Shown here one piece after another: positions 34,968 through 43,735 of a stretch of DNA of 59,912 nt. How positions within the stretch are numbered: the stretch's first letter is position 1; the number at the start of each line of letters is the position of its first letter. The position numbers and the translations under genes were made by a program. The notes below the pieces were generated by a model. It searched no databases, had not been told where the DNA came from, and worked only from the letters and a program-made list of their open reading frames with translations. This stretch comes from an uncultured Polyangiaceae bacterium (GTDB lineage Bacteria; Myxococcota_A; Polyangia; Palsa-1104), in NCBI GenBank assembly GCA_964585665.1, contig CAZPEY010000002.1:1-59912 (forward strand), in the 5' to 3' direction.

Positions 34968-37900
34968 GTGCTCGCCCTGGCAGTCGGAGAGGAGCTCGAT
35001 GCCCGGTACCGCATCGTGCGCGAGCTGGGACGCGGTGGCGTCGGCATCGTCTACGAGGCCGAGCGGGTCGCCGATGGGCTGCGCTGCGCGCTCAAGATCG
35101 CGCATGGCGAGAGCGACCTCGCGGTGCAGCGCGGCCGCCTGCAGCTCGAAGCCGAGATCGGGCGCCAGCTCGCCGGGGAGCACGTCGTGGCGATCTACGA
35201 TCACGGCGCCTCTGCGGCGCGTCCCGATCTCTACTACGTCGCCATGGAGCTGCTGCACGGCGTCGACCTGGGCGTGCTCGTCGAGCAGCAGGGTCCTCTC
35301 CCAGCGGACCGGGTGCAGCTCGTGCTCGGCCAGCTCGGCGACGTGCTCGGCCGCGCCCACGCCCTCGGGATCGTCCACCGCGATCTCAAGCCGGCCAACC
35401 TGTTCTGGCATCAGCCGGAGGACGGTCCGGCGACGCTCAAGGTGCTCGACTTCGGGTTGGTCAAGCAGCTTGAACAATCGCTCGGCGGCGCGACGCGGCT
35501 GACGGCGACCGGTGCGATCGTCGGCACCCCGGACTTCATGGCGCCGGAGCAGGCGGCCCAGTCGCACCTGGTCGGTCCTCACACCGACATCTGGGCGGTC
35601 GGCATGGTGGCGATCTACCTGCTCACCGGCGAGCGCTACTGGAGAGCCGGGACGCTGGTCCATATCCTGACCCAGCTCAACGCGGGACCGACGTACGCGC
35701 CCTCTTCGCGATGGCCGCACCTGTCGACCGCCTTCGACGAGTGGTTCTGGCGATCGTGCGATCGTGTCGGCTCGCGCCGCTACGCGAGCGTCGCCGCCCA
35801 GCTCTCGGCGCTGGCGCGTGTGTTGCCGACGTTGCGACCGGCGGAGCGCCCGCTCTCTCTCGGCGCGCTGACGGAAGATCACACCGTGTCGATCTATCCG
35901 GCGCAGCTCCGTGCCTTGCCGCGTCCGCGCGCGGCGCTGCTCGGGCGAACCGAGGAGCTGCGTCAGCTCCATGTGCTCCTCCTGACACGCGGACAGCGCC
36001 TCGTGACGCTGCTCGGCGTCGGAGGCACTGGCAAGACGCGGCTCGCGATCGAGGCCGCCGCCGAGGTCGCGCCGCTGATCAAGGACGGGGTCTACTTCGT
36101 CGAGCTCGCTGGCGTTCGGCAAGACGACGCGCTGCCAGGCGCGCTCCAGACCGGGCTCGGTGTGGTGGTGGAGCCCGGCGAGTCGGCAATCGCCGCGGTC
36201 GAGCGCTTCCTCCAGCCGCTGTCCTGCCTGGTCGTCCTCGACAACGTCGAGCATCTCTCCTCGTTGCCGACGGTGATGGCGCGGCTTATCGAGGTCGCGC
36301 CGACGGTGCAGTGGCTGGTCACCAGTCGGCAGCCGCTGGGGCTGTCCATCGAAGCGCGGATCGAGGTCGCGCCGTTGCCCGTGCCGACCGCCGGCCGCGA
36401 CGTCGGAGAGGCACAGCTTCGGGCCTACGCTTCGGCGCTCCTCTTCGAGCAGCGTGCAGCCGAGGCCAGCCCTGGCTGGGAGCTGCGCGACGAAGACGCG
36501 GCGGCGATCGCCGAGATCCTGCGCCGGCTCGATGGACTGCCCCTCGCCATCGAGCTGGCCGCCGCCCGGGTTCGCCTCTTCTCTCCGAGCGAGCTGCGTG
36601 AGCGGTTGTCACGCCGACTCGGGCTGCTGACCGGCGGGCGATCGGCGACGTCGGAGCGCCACGCGACGATGCGCGCCGCCATCGACTGGAGCTACGATCT
36701 CCTCACGGCGGACGAGCAGCGCGCCTTTCGAGCGCTGTCTTTCTTTCCGGGCGGCGCGAACGTGCAGACGCTGGCCGAGGTGCTCGACGCCGATCCAGCG
36801 GCGATCGCCGACGTGGTCGAGGCGGTGGCCGATCAATCGCTGTGCCGGATCAACGGTGATCGCCGGATCGGGCAGCTCGAGGTCGTGCGCGAGTACGGGC
36901 GCGAGCGCGCCTCGACGGCCGAGGCAGAGGGGCTCACCGCGGCGCTGCTCCGCGTGTTCGTCGGCCTCGCGGAGCGCGCCGAGCCGGAGCTGCGCGGTCC
37001 CCACCAGCTCCTCTGGCTCGAGCGCTTCGATCGCGAACAGGACAACTTGCGGGCCGTCCTCGAGCACGCGATCGCCCGTGGCGACGGCGAGGTCGCGCTG
37101 CTGCTGTCGACGACGCTGTCGTGGTACTGGTACCTGCGTGGCCAGTACGCCGAGGGACGGCGCTGGCTCGAGCAGGCGATCGAGGTCGGCGCGGCGCGGC
37201 CGATGGCGCTGCAGCGCGCCCGTCGCAGCCTCGGCGAGCTCGCCTACCTGCAGTGTGACTACGAGACCGCGCGGCAGCACCTCGACGCGAGCGAAGATCT
37301 GGCTCGCCGGCATGGCGATCTGGCCGCCGCCGCGGATGCGACCCAGGCGCTCGGCTCGATCGCGCGGGAGCGCGGCGACTACGAGCAGTCCCTCTTGCTC
37401 CATCGTCGAGCGCTCGCCGTCTACGAGACGGCCCTGGATCCGCTCAAGGCCGCCCGTGCCCACAACTACCTGGCCTTCGCGGCGTGGCTGTCGGGGGATC
37501 TCGACGAGGCGCGGCGGTACGCGCTGCGCGCCGAGGCCGAGTTCGCCCAGCTCGCCGACGAAGAGGGCGCGATCTGGGCGCTGCTGAACCTGGGCGCCGT
37601 TGACTACTGGCAGGGAGCCCTCGAGGAGGCGCGCACCCGCGTCAACGCGGCTCACCAGCGCAGCCGCACCGCGGGGTTCAAGGAGGGCGTCGCCTGGACG
37701 CTCAACGTGCTCGGCTGGATCGCGCTCGACGAGCTGCAGCGCGACGAGGCCAAGGAGACCCTGCAGGAGAGCCTGGCGGTGCACCGCGAGCTCGGCGATC
37801 TGTGGCGCTCGTCGAGCGTCCTCGAGGCGCTCGCGGCGCTGGCCAGCAGCTGCGCGGACTCCCGTCGCTGCGCCAAGCTGCTCGGCGTCGCCAGCGCGCT

Positions 37901-38060
37901 GCGGCGACGCATCGGCACACCGGTGCCGCGCTGCGAGCGGGCGCGCATCGAGGAGCTTCGCGCCAACTGCCGCCACGCGCTCGGCGATCACTTCGCGCTC
38001 TTGCACGAATCCGGTGCTGCGATGCCGCTCGACGCGGCGTTTCGCTTCGCGCTCGCCTGA
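34968..38060 (+). CDS. Ser/Thr protein kinase fused to a STAND/AAA ATPase and TPR repeats
   Basis: Kinase motifs GRGGVGIVYEA, ALK, HRDLKPANLF, DFGL, GTPDFMAPE. P-loop LLGVGGTGKTRLA with Walker B VVLDNVEH. The C-terminal half is TPR-like. GTG 34968 follows GGAGGGAG and avoids overlap with argH. Confidence 0.85.
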   Translation: MLALAVGEELDARYRIVRELGRGGVGIVYEAERVADGLRCALKIAHGESDLAVQRGRLQLEAEIGRQLAGEHVVAIYDHGASAARPDLYYVAMELLHGVDLGVLVEQQGPLPADRVQLVLGQLGDVLGRAHALGIVHRDLKPANLFWHQPEDGPATLKVLDFGLVKQLEQSLGGATRLTATGAIVGTPDFMAPEQAAQSHLVGPHTDIWAVGMVAIYLLTGERYWRAGTLVHILTQLNAGPTYAPSSRWPHLSTAFDEWFWRSCDRVGSRRYASVAAQLSALARVLPTLRPAERPLSLGALTEDHTVSIYPAQLRALPRPRAALLGRTEELRQLHVLLLTRGQRLVTLLGVGGTGKTRLAIEAAAEVAPLIKDGVYFVELAGVRQDDALPGALQTGLGVVVEPGESAIAAVERFLQPLSCLVVLDNVEHLSSLPTVMARLIEVAPTVQWLVTSRQPLGLSIEARIEVAPLPVPTAGRDVGEAQLRAYASALLFEQRAAEASPGWELRDEDAAAIAEILRRLDGLPLAIELAAARVRLFSPSELRERLSRRLGLLTGGRSATSERHATMRAAIDWSYDLLTADEQRAFRALSFFPGGANVQTLAEVLDADPAAIADVVEAVADQSLCRINGDRRIGQLEVVREYGRERASTAEAEGLTAALLRVFVGLAERAEPELRGPHQLLWLERFDREQDNLRAVLEHAIARGDGEVALLLSTTLSWYWYLRGQYAEGRRWLEQAIEVGAARPMALQRARRSLGELAYLQCDYETARQHLDASEDLARRHGDLAAAADATQALGSIARERGDYEQSLLLHRRALAVYETALDPLKAARAHNYLAFAAWLSGDLDEARRYALRAEAEFAQLADEEGAIWALLNLGAVDYWQGALEEARTRVNAAHQRSRTAGFKEGVAWTLNVLGWIALDELQRDEAKETLQESLAVHRELGDLWRSSSVLEALAALASSCADSRRCAKLLGVASALRRRIGTPVPRCERARIEELRANCRHALGDHFALLHESGAAMPLDAAFRFALA

Positions 38061-38075
38061 GCTGGGCCGACGTCG

Positions 38076-39071
38076 CTACTCGGCGAAGCGCTTGTGGACG
38101 TAGTCGCACGCCGTGCGGTAGTCGGCCAGCGACGCGGTGACCGAGCTGACGAAGGCGCGCCCGAACTCGGTGACGCGGGTGTCGTGATCGCGGATGTCGA
38201 ACCCACGCGGCAGCTCGTACTCGGCGAACACGAGCTGTCGACGGCCCTTGCGATCCCGCTCGATCGCGGGAGCGTCGACGGAAGAGAGGCGAAACAGGCG
38301 GCTCGCGACCGAGGTGCGGCGCTCCTCGGAGCTGCCCGTCGGCGTCGAGGCCAGGTGGCTGGTCAGGTGGTACGTGAAGATCGCCTGCTCCCGCGCAAAG
38401 TGGCGGAGCGTCAGCTTGGCGAGGCGCGCGAAGCGCGTCTCCTCGTCGGTCACCTGCAGACCCTCGACGAGCTCGCCGAGGATCGTGCGGCTCTCTTCGT
38501 CGAACGTGATCGGCAGCGGCCCATGGACGAGCAGGTTGACCAGCTCGTGTTCGCCGCGGCGGGCGTGATCGAGAGCGCGCAGCGCATAGAGCACGGTCGG
38601 GACGCTGTCGGCGAAGATGCCTCGGTTGGTGCGGCGCAAGAGGTCCTCGCTGTTGTCGGACAGGCGCACGAGCGCGTCGGTGCCGAGCTTGCCGAGCGCA
38701 TCGCCGAGCATCGCCCAGCCGCGGTTCTTCTTCATCCCTTCGATGACCTGGCAGATGCCGAGCACGGCGACGACGGGCCACGGGTAGAGGAGCTGACAGC
38801 GCCGCCCGAGCGCCAGGTAGCCGGCGACGCGGCGATGGACGTTGTGGTTGTGGCGCTTGAGGAAGTCGTGCGCCTCGCGGCGGAAGGCGTTGTGCGCCGC
38901 CACCAAGAACTCGCGCTGGGCCGGACCGAGCTTGCCCGTCGCGCTGCGATACTCCTCGAGCGCGGCGCCGAGCTCCTCGGGGCCGACGAGCTGAAGGTCG
39001 TCCCACCAGAGCACGAAGCTCTGCGCGGCGGGGTTGCGCAGGGGACCACGGAGAGAGTCGATGAGCGCCAT
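38076..39071 (-). CDS. Hypothetical protein (331 aa)
   Basis: Normal amino-acid composition and a clean ORF. I recognised no motif. Confidence 0.55.
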   Translation of the reverse strand: MALIDSLRGPLRNPAAQSFVLWWDDLQLVGPEELGAALEEYRSATGKLGPAQREFLVAAHNAFRREAHDFLKRHNHNVHRRVAGYLALGRRCQLLYPWPVVAVLGICQVIEGMKKNRGWAMLGDALGKLGTDALVRLSDNSEDLLRRTNRGIFADSVPTVLYALRALDHARRGEHELVNLLVHGPLPITFDEESRTILGELVEGLQVTDEETRFARLAKLTLRHFAREQAIFTYHLTSHLASTPTGSSEERRTSVASRLFRLSSVDAPAIERDRKGRRQLVFAEYELPRGFDIRDHDTRVTEFGRAFVSSVTASLADYRTACDYVHKRFAE

Positions 39072-39101
39072 CGGCCGGCATGGTAATGTCCGCCGCTGCC
39101 A

Positions 39102-41726
39102 GTGCCTACCCGGAATGTAGCTCAGGCCGTCGTGCTCGCCCTCGCGTGCATCGTCGCGTCACGCGGCCACGCGCAGGCGCCGGCCGGCTTCGTCCCGCCC
39201 GTCTTGACCGAGAAGGCGCAGCCCGACTATCCCCTCGCCGCGCAGCAGGCCGGCATCGAGGGGCAGGTCACCGTCGAGCTCAACGTCGATCCGACCGGCG
39301 CGGTCGCCGACGTGACGCTCAAGAGTGGGCTCGGTCATGGGCTCGACGAGGCGGCGCTCGCCGCGGCGCGGCGCCTGCGCTTCTCTCCTGGGCAGTTCGA
39401 GGGCAAGCCGGTGGCGGTCAAGATCCTCTACCGGTTCACCTTCGCGCTGCCCAAGCCGCCGCCCCCGGCCGAGCCGGAGCCGGAGCCGCTGCGCGAGCCG
39501 GTGGCCCCGTCGGCCCCGGCCGCCGCGGCGGTCGTGCGGCTGCGCGGTGACGTCATCGAGGCGGGGACGCGCGCGCCGCTCCACGGGGCCCAGCTGACGG
39601 TCGTCGACGGCGCGGGCAAGGAGCTCGGCCGCGCGGAGGTCGATGAGCGGGCGCAGTTCGAGCTCAAGCTGGCAGACGACAAGGCCACCGAGCTCACGGT
39701 GATCGTCAGCGCGCTCGATCACAAGACCGCGCGCGTCAAAGAGAAGCTCAAGCCGGGCGAGGTGCTCAAGGTGCGGTACGCGCTGCGCCGCAACACCTAC
39801 GCGCGCTACGAGTCGACCGTGCGCGGCGCACCGGTGCGCGAAGAGATCGCGCGCGTCACGCTCGACGGCGAGGAGCTGCGGCGCATCCCCGGCACGCGCG
39901 GCGATGCGCTCGCCGCGACCTTCAACCTTCCGTCGGTGGCCCGCGCGCCGCTCGACTTCGGGCAGCTCATCCTGCGCGGCTCGGGCCCGGGGCAGTCGGC
40001 GCCGTTCCTCCTCGGCATGGAGATCCCCCAGGCGTTCCACTTCGCTGGCCTGACCTCGACCTTCAACTCGTATCTGCTCGAGCGCTTCGAGCTCATCCCG
40101 TCGAACTTCTCGGCCCGCTACGGTCGCCTCACCGGCGGCGTCATCGAGATCGTGCCGCGCGCCGGCAAGACCGATCGCATCCACGGCGACATCAAGGTCG
40201 ATCTCATCGACGCGCACCTCATGCTCGAAGGCCCCCTCGGCAAGGGCTCGTTCGCCCTCGCCGCGCGCCGCAGCTACGTCGACGCGATCCTCTCGGCCGC
40301 CAAGCTCGGTCCCTTCACGCTCGCGCCCCGCTACTACGACTACCAGGCGATGCTCGACTACCCGGTGCTCGGCGGCAAGCTCAAGGTCATGTTCTACGGC
40401 TCGGACGACGACGTCGCGCTGATCCTCGACGACGCGCCCGATCAAGATCCGGCGCTGCGCGGCCGGTTCTCGAACCGCAACTGGTTCCACGGCCTGTTCG
40501 TCAACTACAAGAAGACCATCGGCAACGTCGATATCGACACGACCTTCCTGGTCGCGCCGCAGCTGTTCTCCGGCGCGGTCGGGCAGGCGGCCAACTTCAG
40601 GTCGCTCGCGGTGCAGACCGACTGGCGCTTCGAGGCACGCTGGCGCGTCTCGAGCCGCTTCCTGCTCGTCGCGGGCCTCGATCTGCAGTCGGGCTGGTAC
40701 TGGGTCGAGCTCAAGGCGCCGCGGCCCGTCACCGAGGAGGGCACGCAGCCGCCGTTCGCCGCCTCCGAGAAGCTGACGCTCAAGAGCCACGGCTACGAGA
40801 TCTCCCCCGCGCTCTACCTCATCGCCAACCTGAAGCTCACCGATCGCTTCACCTTCGAGCCCGGCGTGCGCTTCGACTGGTTCTCCGGCAATCGCGACTA
40901 CACCTATCCGCAGCCTCGGCTGCAAGCGCGCTACGAGGTCTACAAGAACCTCTGGATGAAGGGCGCGCTCGGCTTCTACGTCGGGACGCCCGAGGCGCCG
41001 ACCGACAACTCCGTGCTCGGCAATCCGCGGGTGCGTGCGCAGCAGGCGCTCCACGCGACCCTCGGCATCGAGGGACATCCGATCCCGCGCTATCGCCCGT
41101 TCCGCTTCGAGCTCAACGTCTTTTACAAGCACCTCTGGAAGATCGGGGTCGGCTCGGATCGCAACGTCATCCGCGATGGCAAGATCGTCCCCGAGGTGTA
41201 CATCGACGAGGGCGAGGGGCGCGTCTACGGTGCCGACCTGCTGCTCAAGCACGATGGCCCCAGGTGGTTGTACGGCTGGATCTCGTACACGATCATGCGC
41301 AGCGAGCGGCGTGATCACCCGGGCGAGGGGTGGCGGCGCTTCCAGTACGATCAGACGCATATCCTGACGCTGGTCCTCGGCTACCACCTGCCGTGGGAGG
41401 TCGATGTCGGCCTCCGTCTGCGCTACGCGACAGGCAACCCGTCGACGCCGATCGTCGGCAGCGTCTACCTGTCCGACTACGATGTCTACCTGCCGATCCC
41501 CGGCGCGGCCTTCTCCGAGCGGCTGCCCGACTTCTTCTCGCTCGACCTGCGCATCGACAAGCGCTTCGTCTTCAAGTCGTGGATCTTGTCGGTGTACATC
41601 GATGTCGCAAACGTGATGAACCGACGGAACGTCGAGGCGTATAACTACTCGTACGACTACACGCGCCGCGCGGCGATCGGCGGCTTGCCGATCTTGCCGT
41701 CGCTGGGGCTGCGAGCGAGCTTCTAA
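39102..41726 (+). CDS. TonB-dependent outer-membrane receptor with N-terminal TonB_C-like and carboxypeptidase-regulatory-like domains
   Basis: Signal peptide ...ACIVASRGHAQA. TonB_C-like PDYPLAAQQAGIEGQVTVELNVDPTGAVADVTLKSGLGHGLDEAA. CarboxypepD_reg-like VRLRGDVIEAGTRAPLHGAQLTV. Plug (LRRIPGTRGDAL) and a long beta-barrel ending ...LGLRASF. Confidence 0.8.
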   Translation: MPTRNVAQAVVLALACIVASRGHAQAPAGFVPPVLTEKAQPDYPLAAQQAGIEGQVTVELNVDPTGAVADVTLKSGLGHGLDEAALAAARRLRFSPGQFEGKPVAVKILYRFTFALPKPPPPAEPEPEPLREPVAPSAPAAAAVVRLRGDVIEAGTRAPLHGAQLTVVDGAGKELGRAEVDERAQFELKLADDKATELTVIVSALDHKTARVKEKLKPGEVLKVRYALRRNTYARYESTVRGAPVREEIARVTLDGEELRRIPGTRGDALAATFNLPSVARAPLDFGQLILRGSGPGQSAPFLLGMEIPQAFHFAGLTSTFNSYLLERFELIPSNFSARYGRLTGGVIEIVPRAGKTDRIHGDIKVDLIDAHLMLEGPLGKGSFALAARRSYVDAILSAAKLGPFTLAPRYYDYQAMLDYPVLGGKLKVMFYGSDDDVALILDDAPDQDPALRGRFSNRNWFHGLFVNYKKTIGNVDIDTTFLVAPQLFSGAVGQAANFRSLAVQTDWRFEARWRVSSRFLLVAGLDLQSGWYWVELKAPRPVTEEGTQPPFAASEKLTLKSHGYEISPALYLIANLKLTDRFTFEPGVRFDWFSGNRDYTYPQPRLQARYEVYKNLWMKGALGFYVGTPEAPTDNSVLGNPRVRAQQALHATLGIEGHPIPRYRPFRFELNVFYKHLWKIGVGSDRNVIRDGKIVPEVYIDEGEGRVYGADLLLKHDGPRWLYGWISYTIMRSERRDHPGEGWRRFQYDQTHILTLVLGYHLPWEVDVGLRLRYATGNPSTPIVGSVYLSDYDVYLPIPGAAFSERLPDFFSLDLRIDKRFVFKSWILSVYIDVANVMNRRNVEAYNYSYDYTRRAAIGGLPILPSLGLRASF

Positions 41727-41743
41727 GTGGTTAGGACACGCGA

Positions 41744-42775
41744 ATGAGACGACTTGAGGTGCTGGTACCGTACGCCTGCTTGCTCCTGGGACTGGGCGTG
41801 GCCGGCTGCGGCGACACGCTGCCGGTGCAGAGCTTCGTCGAGAAGCTGCGCGTCCTCGGGGTCCGCGCCGAGCCGCCCGAGATCGCGCCGGGGGAGACGA
41901 CCACGCTCGACGCGCTCGTCGTGCAGCCGCCGACGGCGCGCGCCACGGCGCCCAAGGCGGTGAGCTACCTGTGGGTGTCATGCAGCGTGCCGCCCGGCGT
42001 CGGCCAGCTCGCGCCTTGCGGGGTCAACGATCTGACCGCGGTGCCGCCGTCCTGCGCGCTCGATCCCGGGGCGCCGATCTGCGTCCTCGGGGATCAGGCG
42101 ACGGCGACCTACACCGCGAGCGCCACGACCGTTGGCAGCGACGGCACGGGGCAGCGCCTGATCACGATGGTGGTCTCCGAGACGGATGGTGGCGCGGTCG
42201 GCTGTCTGCTCGACACCGCGCAGAACAAGGGCATCCCGACCGATCCCGATCACTGTGTGCTGACCCTCAAGCGCCTCGTCGTGTCGTCTCCGACGGTGAC
42301 CCCGGCGTCGAACAGGAACCGCAACCCGACCCTGCGCACCCTCGACCTCCACCTCGTCGACGACCAGGACATGCTTGGCGCGGCGCGCTCGCTGCTCGAC
42401 GGGGCGGCGCGCTACACGGTGGCGCCCGACAAGAAGAAGCCCACCTGGCGGCTCACGACCGAGCGCAACGAGGACGCCTCCGAGCAGAAGAGCGACGGTC
42501 GCTACGAGGAGCTCTCGGTCGCCTGGTACATCAGCGCTGGCAAGCTCGCCGGGGCGCGCGCGGTCTTCGAGGACACGAGCTGCCAGGGCGATGGCTGCAA
42601 CCGCATGCCGCCGCCGCTGCAAGTGGATGCCGACTGGACCGCACCGACGAGCGCCGAGCGCGCCGAGGACGTGCCGACCGGCGGCGCGCTCGATGGGCTC
42701 ACCGAGTTCTGGGCGGTGGTGCGCGACGATCGGGGCGGGATCGGGTGGCTCTACGGCACAGCGCGTCCTGAGTAG
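41744..42775 (+). CDS. Lipoprotein of unknown function (343 aa)
   Basis: Lipobox LLLGLGVAGC. It lies 17 nt downstream of the receptor gene and is Cys-containing. I recognised no family. Confidence 0.65.
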   Translation: MRRLEVLVPYACLLLGLGVAGCGDTLPVQSFVEKLRVLGVRAEPPEIAPGETTTLDALVVQPPTARATAPKAVSYLWVSCSVPPGVGQLAPCGVNDLTAVPPSCALDPGAPICVLGDQATATYTASATTVGSDGTGQRLITMVVSETDGGAVGCLLDTAQNKGIPTDPDHCVLTLKRLVVSSPTVTPASNRNRNPTLRTLDLHLVDDQDMLGAARSLLDGAARYTVAPDKKKPTWRLTTERNEDASEQKSDGRYEELSVAWYISAGKLAGARAVFEDTSCQGDGCNRMPPPLQVDADWTAPTSAERAEDVPTGGALDGLTEFWAVVRDDRGGIGWLYGTARPE

Positions 42776-42850
42776 AACGTGATCGGCGGGCGCTCCTCAT
42801 CGCCGTCGACGGCGCGCGCGCGATCGATCGTGTAGAATCGAGATCTCGCC

Positions 42851-43729
42851 ATGAGCATCGAAGAGCGCTTCGCCGACTACGCCGCCGAGCTGCAAACCGT
42901 GATCTGTGACGCGCTGGCCACCGAGGACGGGAAGGCGCACTTCGTCACCGACGTGTGGGAGCGCGCCGAGGGCGGGGGCGGCACGAGCCGGGTGCTCGCC
43001 GACGGCAACGTGTTCGAGAAGGCGGGGGTCAACGTGTCGCGCGTGTTCGGCGCGCTCAAGCCCGACTTCGCCGCGCAGCTCCCAGGCGACGGCCTCGAGT
43101 TCTTCGCCACCGGGATCTCGCTCGTCATCCACCCCCAGAACCCCTACGTGCCGGCGGTGCACGCCAACTTTCGCTGCCTGCGCCGGGGCGCGACCACCTG
43201 GTTTGGTGGCGGGGCCGACCTGACGCCGTACTATCCGGAGCGCGTCGACGTCGAGCACTTCCACCGGACGTGGCAGACGGTCTGCGATCGGCACGACGCG
43301 ACCTACTACGCGCGCTGGAAGAAGTGGTGCGATGAGTATTTCTTCCTCCCGCATCGGCAGGAGACGCGCGGCATCGGCGGGATCTTCTTCGATCAGCTGA
43401 AGAGCGGCGATGCCGAGCGCGACTTCGCCTTCGTCACCGACTGCGGCCGACAGTTCGTCGCCGCCTACCTGCCGATCGTGCAGCGCAACCGCGGCCACGC
43501 CTTCGGCGAGCGCGAGCGACTGTTTCAGCTCCGTCGCCGAGGCCGCTACGCCGAGTTCAACCTGCTCTACGATCGCGGGACGATCTTCGGCCTGCGCACC
43601 AACGGCCGCATCGAGTCGATCCTGATGTCGCTGCCACCGCTGACCCGGTGGGACTACGACGTCGTCTACGAACCGGGCAGCCGAGAAGCGGCGCTCCTCG
43701 ACTGGCTGCGACCGCAAGACTGGATCTAA
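42851..43729 (+). CDS. hemF: Oxygen-dependent coproporphyrinogen III oxidase
   Basis: WERAEGGGGTSRVL, GVNVSRVFG, GISLVIHPQNPYVPAVHANFR, WFGGGADLTPYYP, RGIGGIFFD, GRYAEFNLLYDRGTIFGL. Confidence 0.93.
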   Translation: MSIEERFADYAAELQTVICDALATEDGKAHFVTDVWERAEGGGGTSRVLADGNVFEKAGVNVSRVFGALKPDFAAQLPGDGLEFFATGISLVIHPQNPYVPAVHANFRCLRRGATTWFGGGADLTPYYPERVDVEHFHRTWQTVCDRHDATYYARWKKWCDEYFFLPHRQETRGIGGIFFDQLKSGDAERDFAFVTDCGRQFVAAYLPIVQRNRGHAFGERERLFQLRRRGRYAEFNLLYDRGTIFGLRTNGRIESILMSLPPLTRWDYDVVYEPGSREAALLDWLRPQDWI

Positions 43730-43735
43730 GAGGGA

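Noticed and set aside
38790-38830. HNHNVH string in the 331-aa orphan as a possible HNH nuclease motif
   Set aside because: It is only a run of His/Asn. The surrounding sequence lacks the beta-beta-alpha-metal context (no Cys/His zinc pairs and no conserved Asn spacing) of HNH endonucleases.
39159-41981. 940-aa minus-strand ORF
   Set aside because: It is antisense to the TonB-dependent receptor, which has plug, barrel and terminal-Phe signatures. The composition is Arg/Asp/Glu/Ala-dominated.
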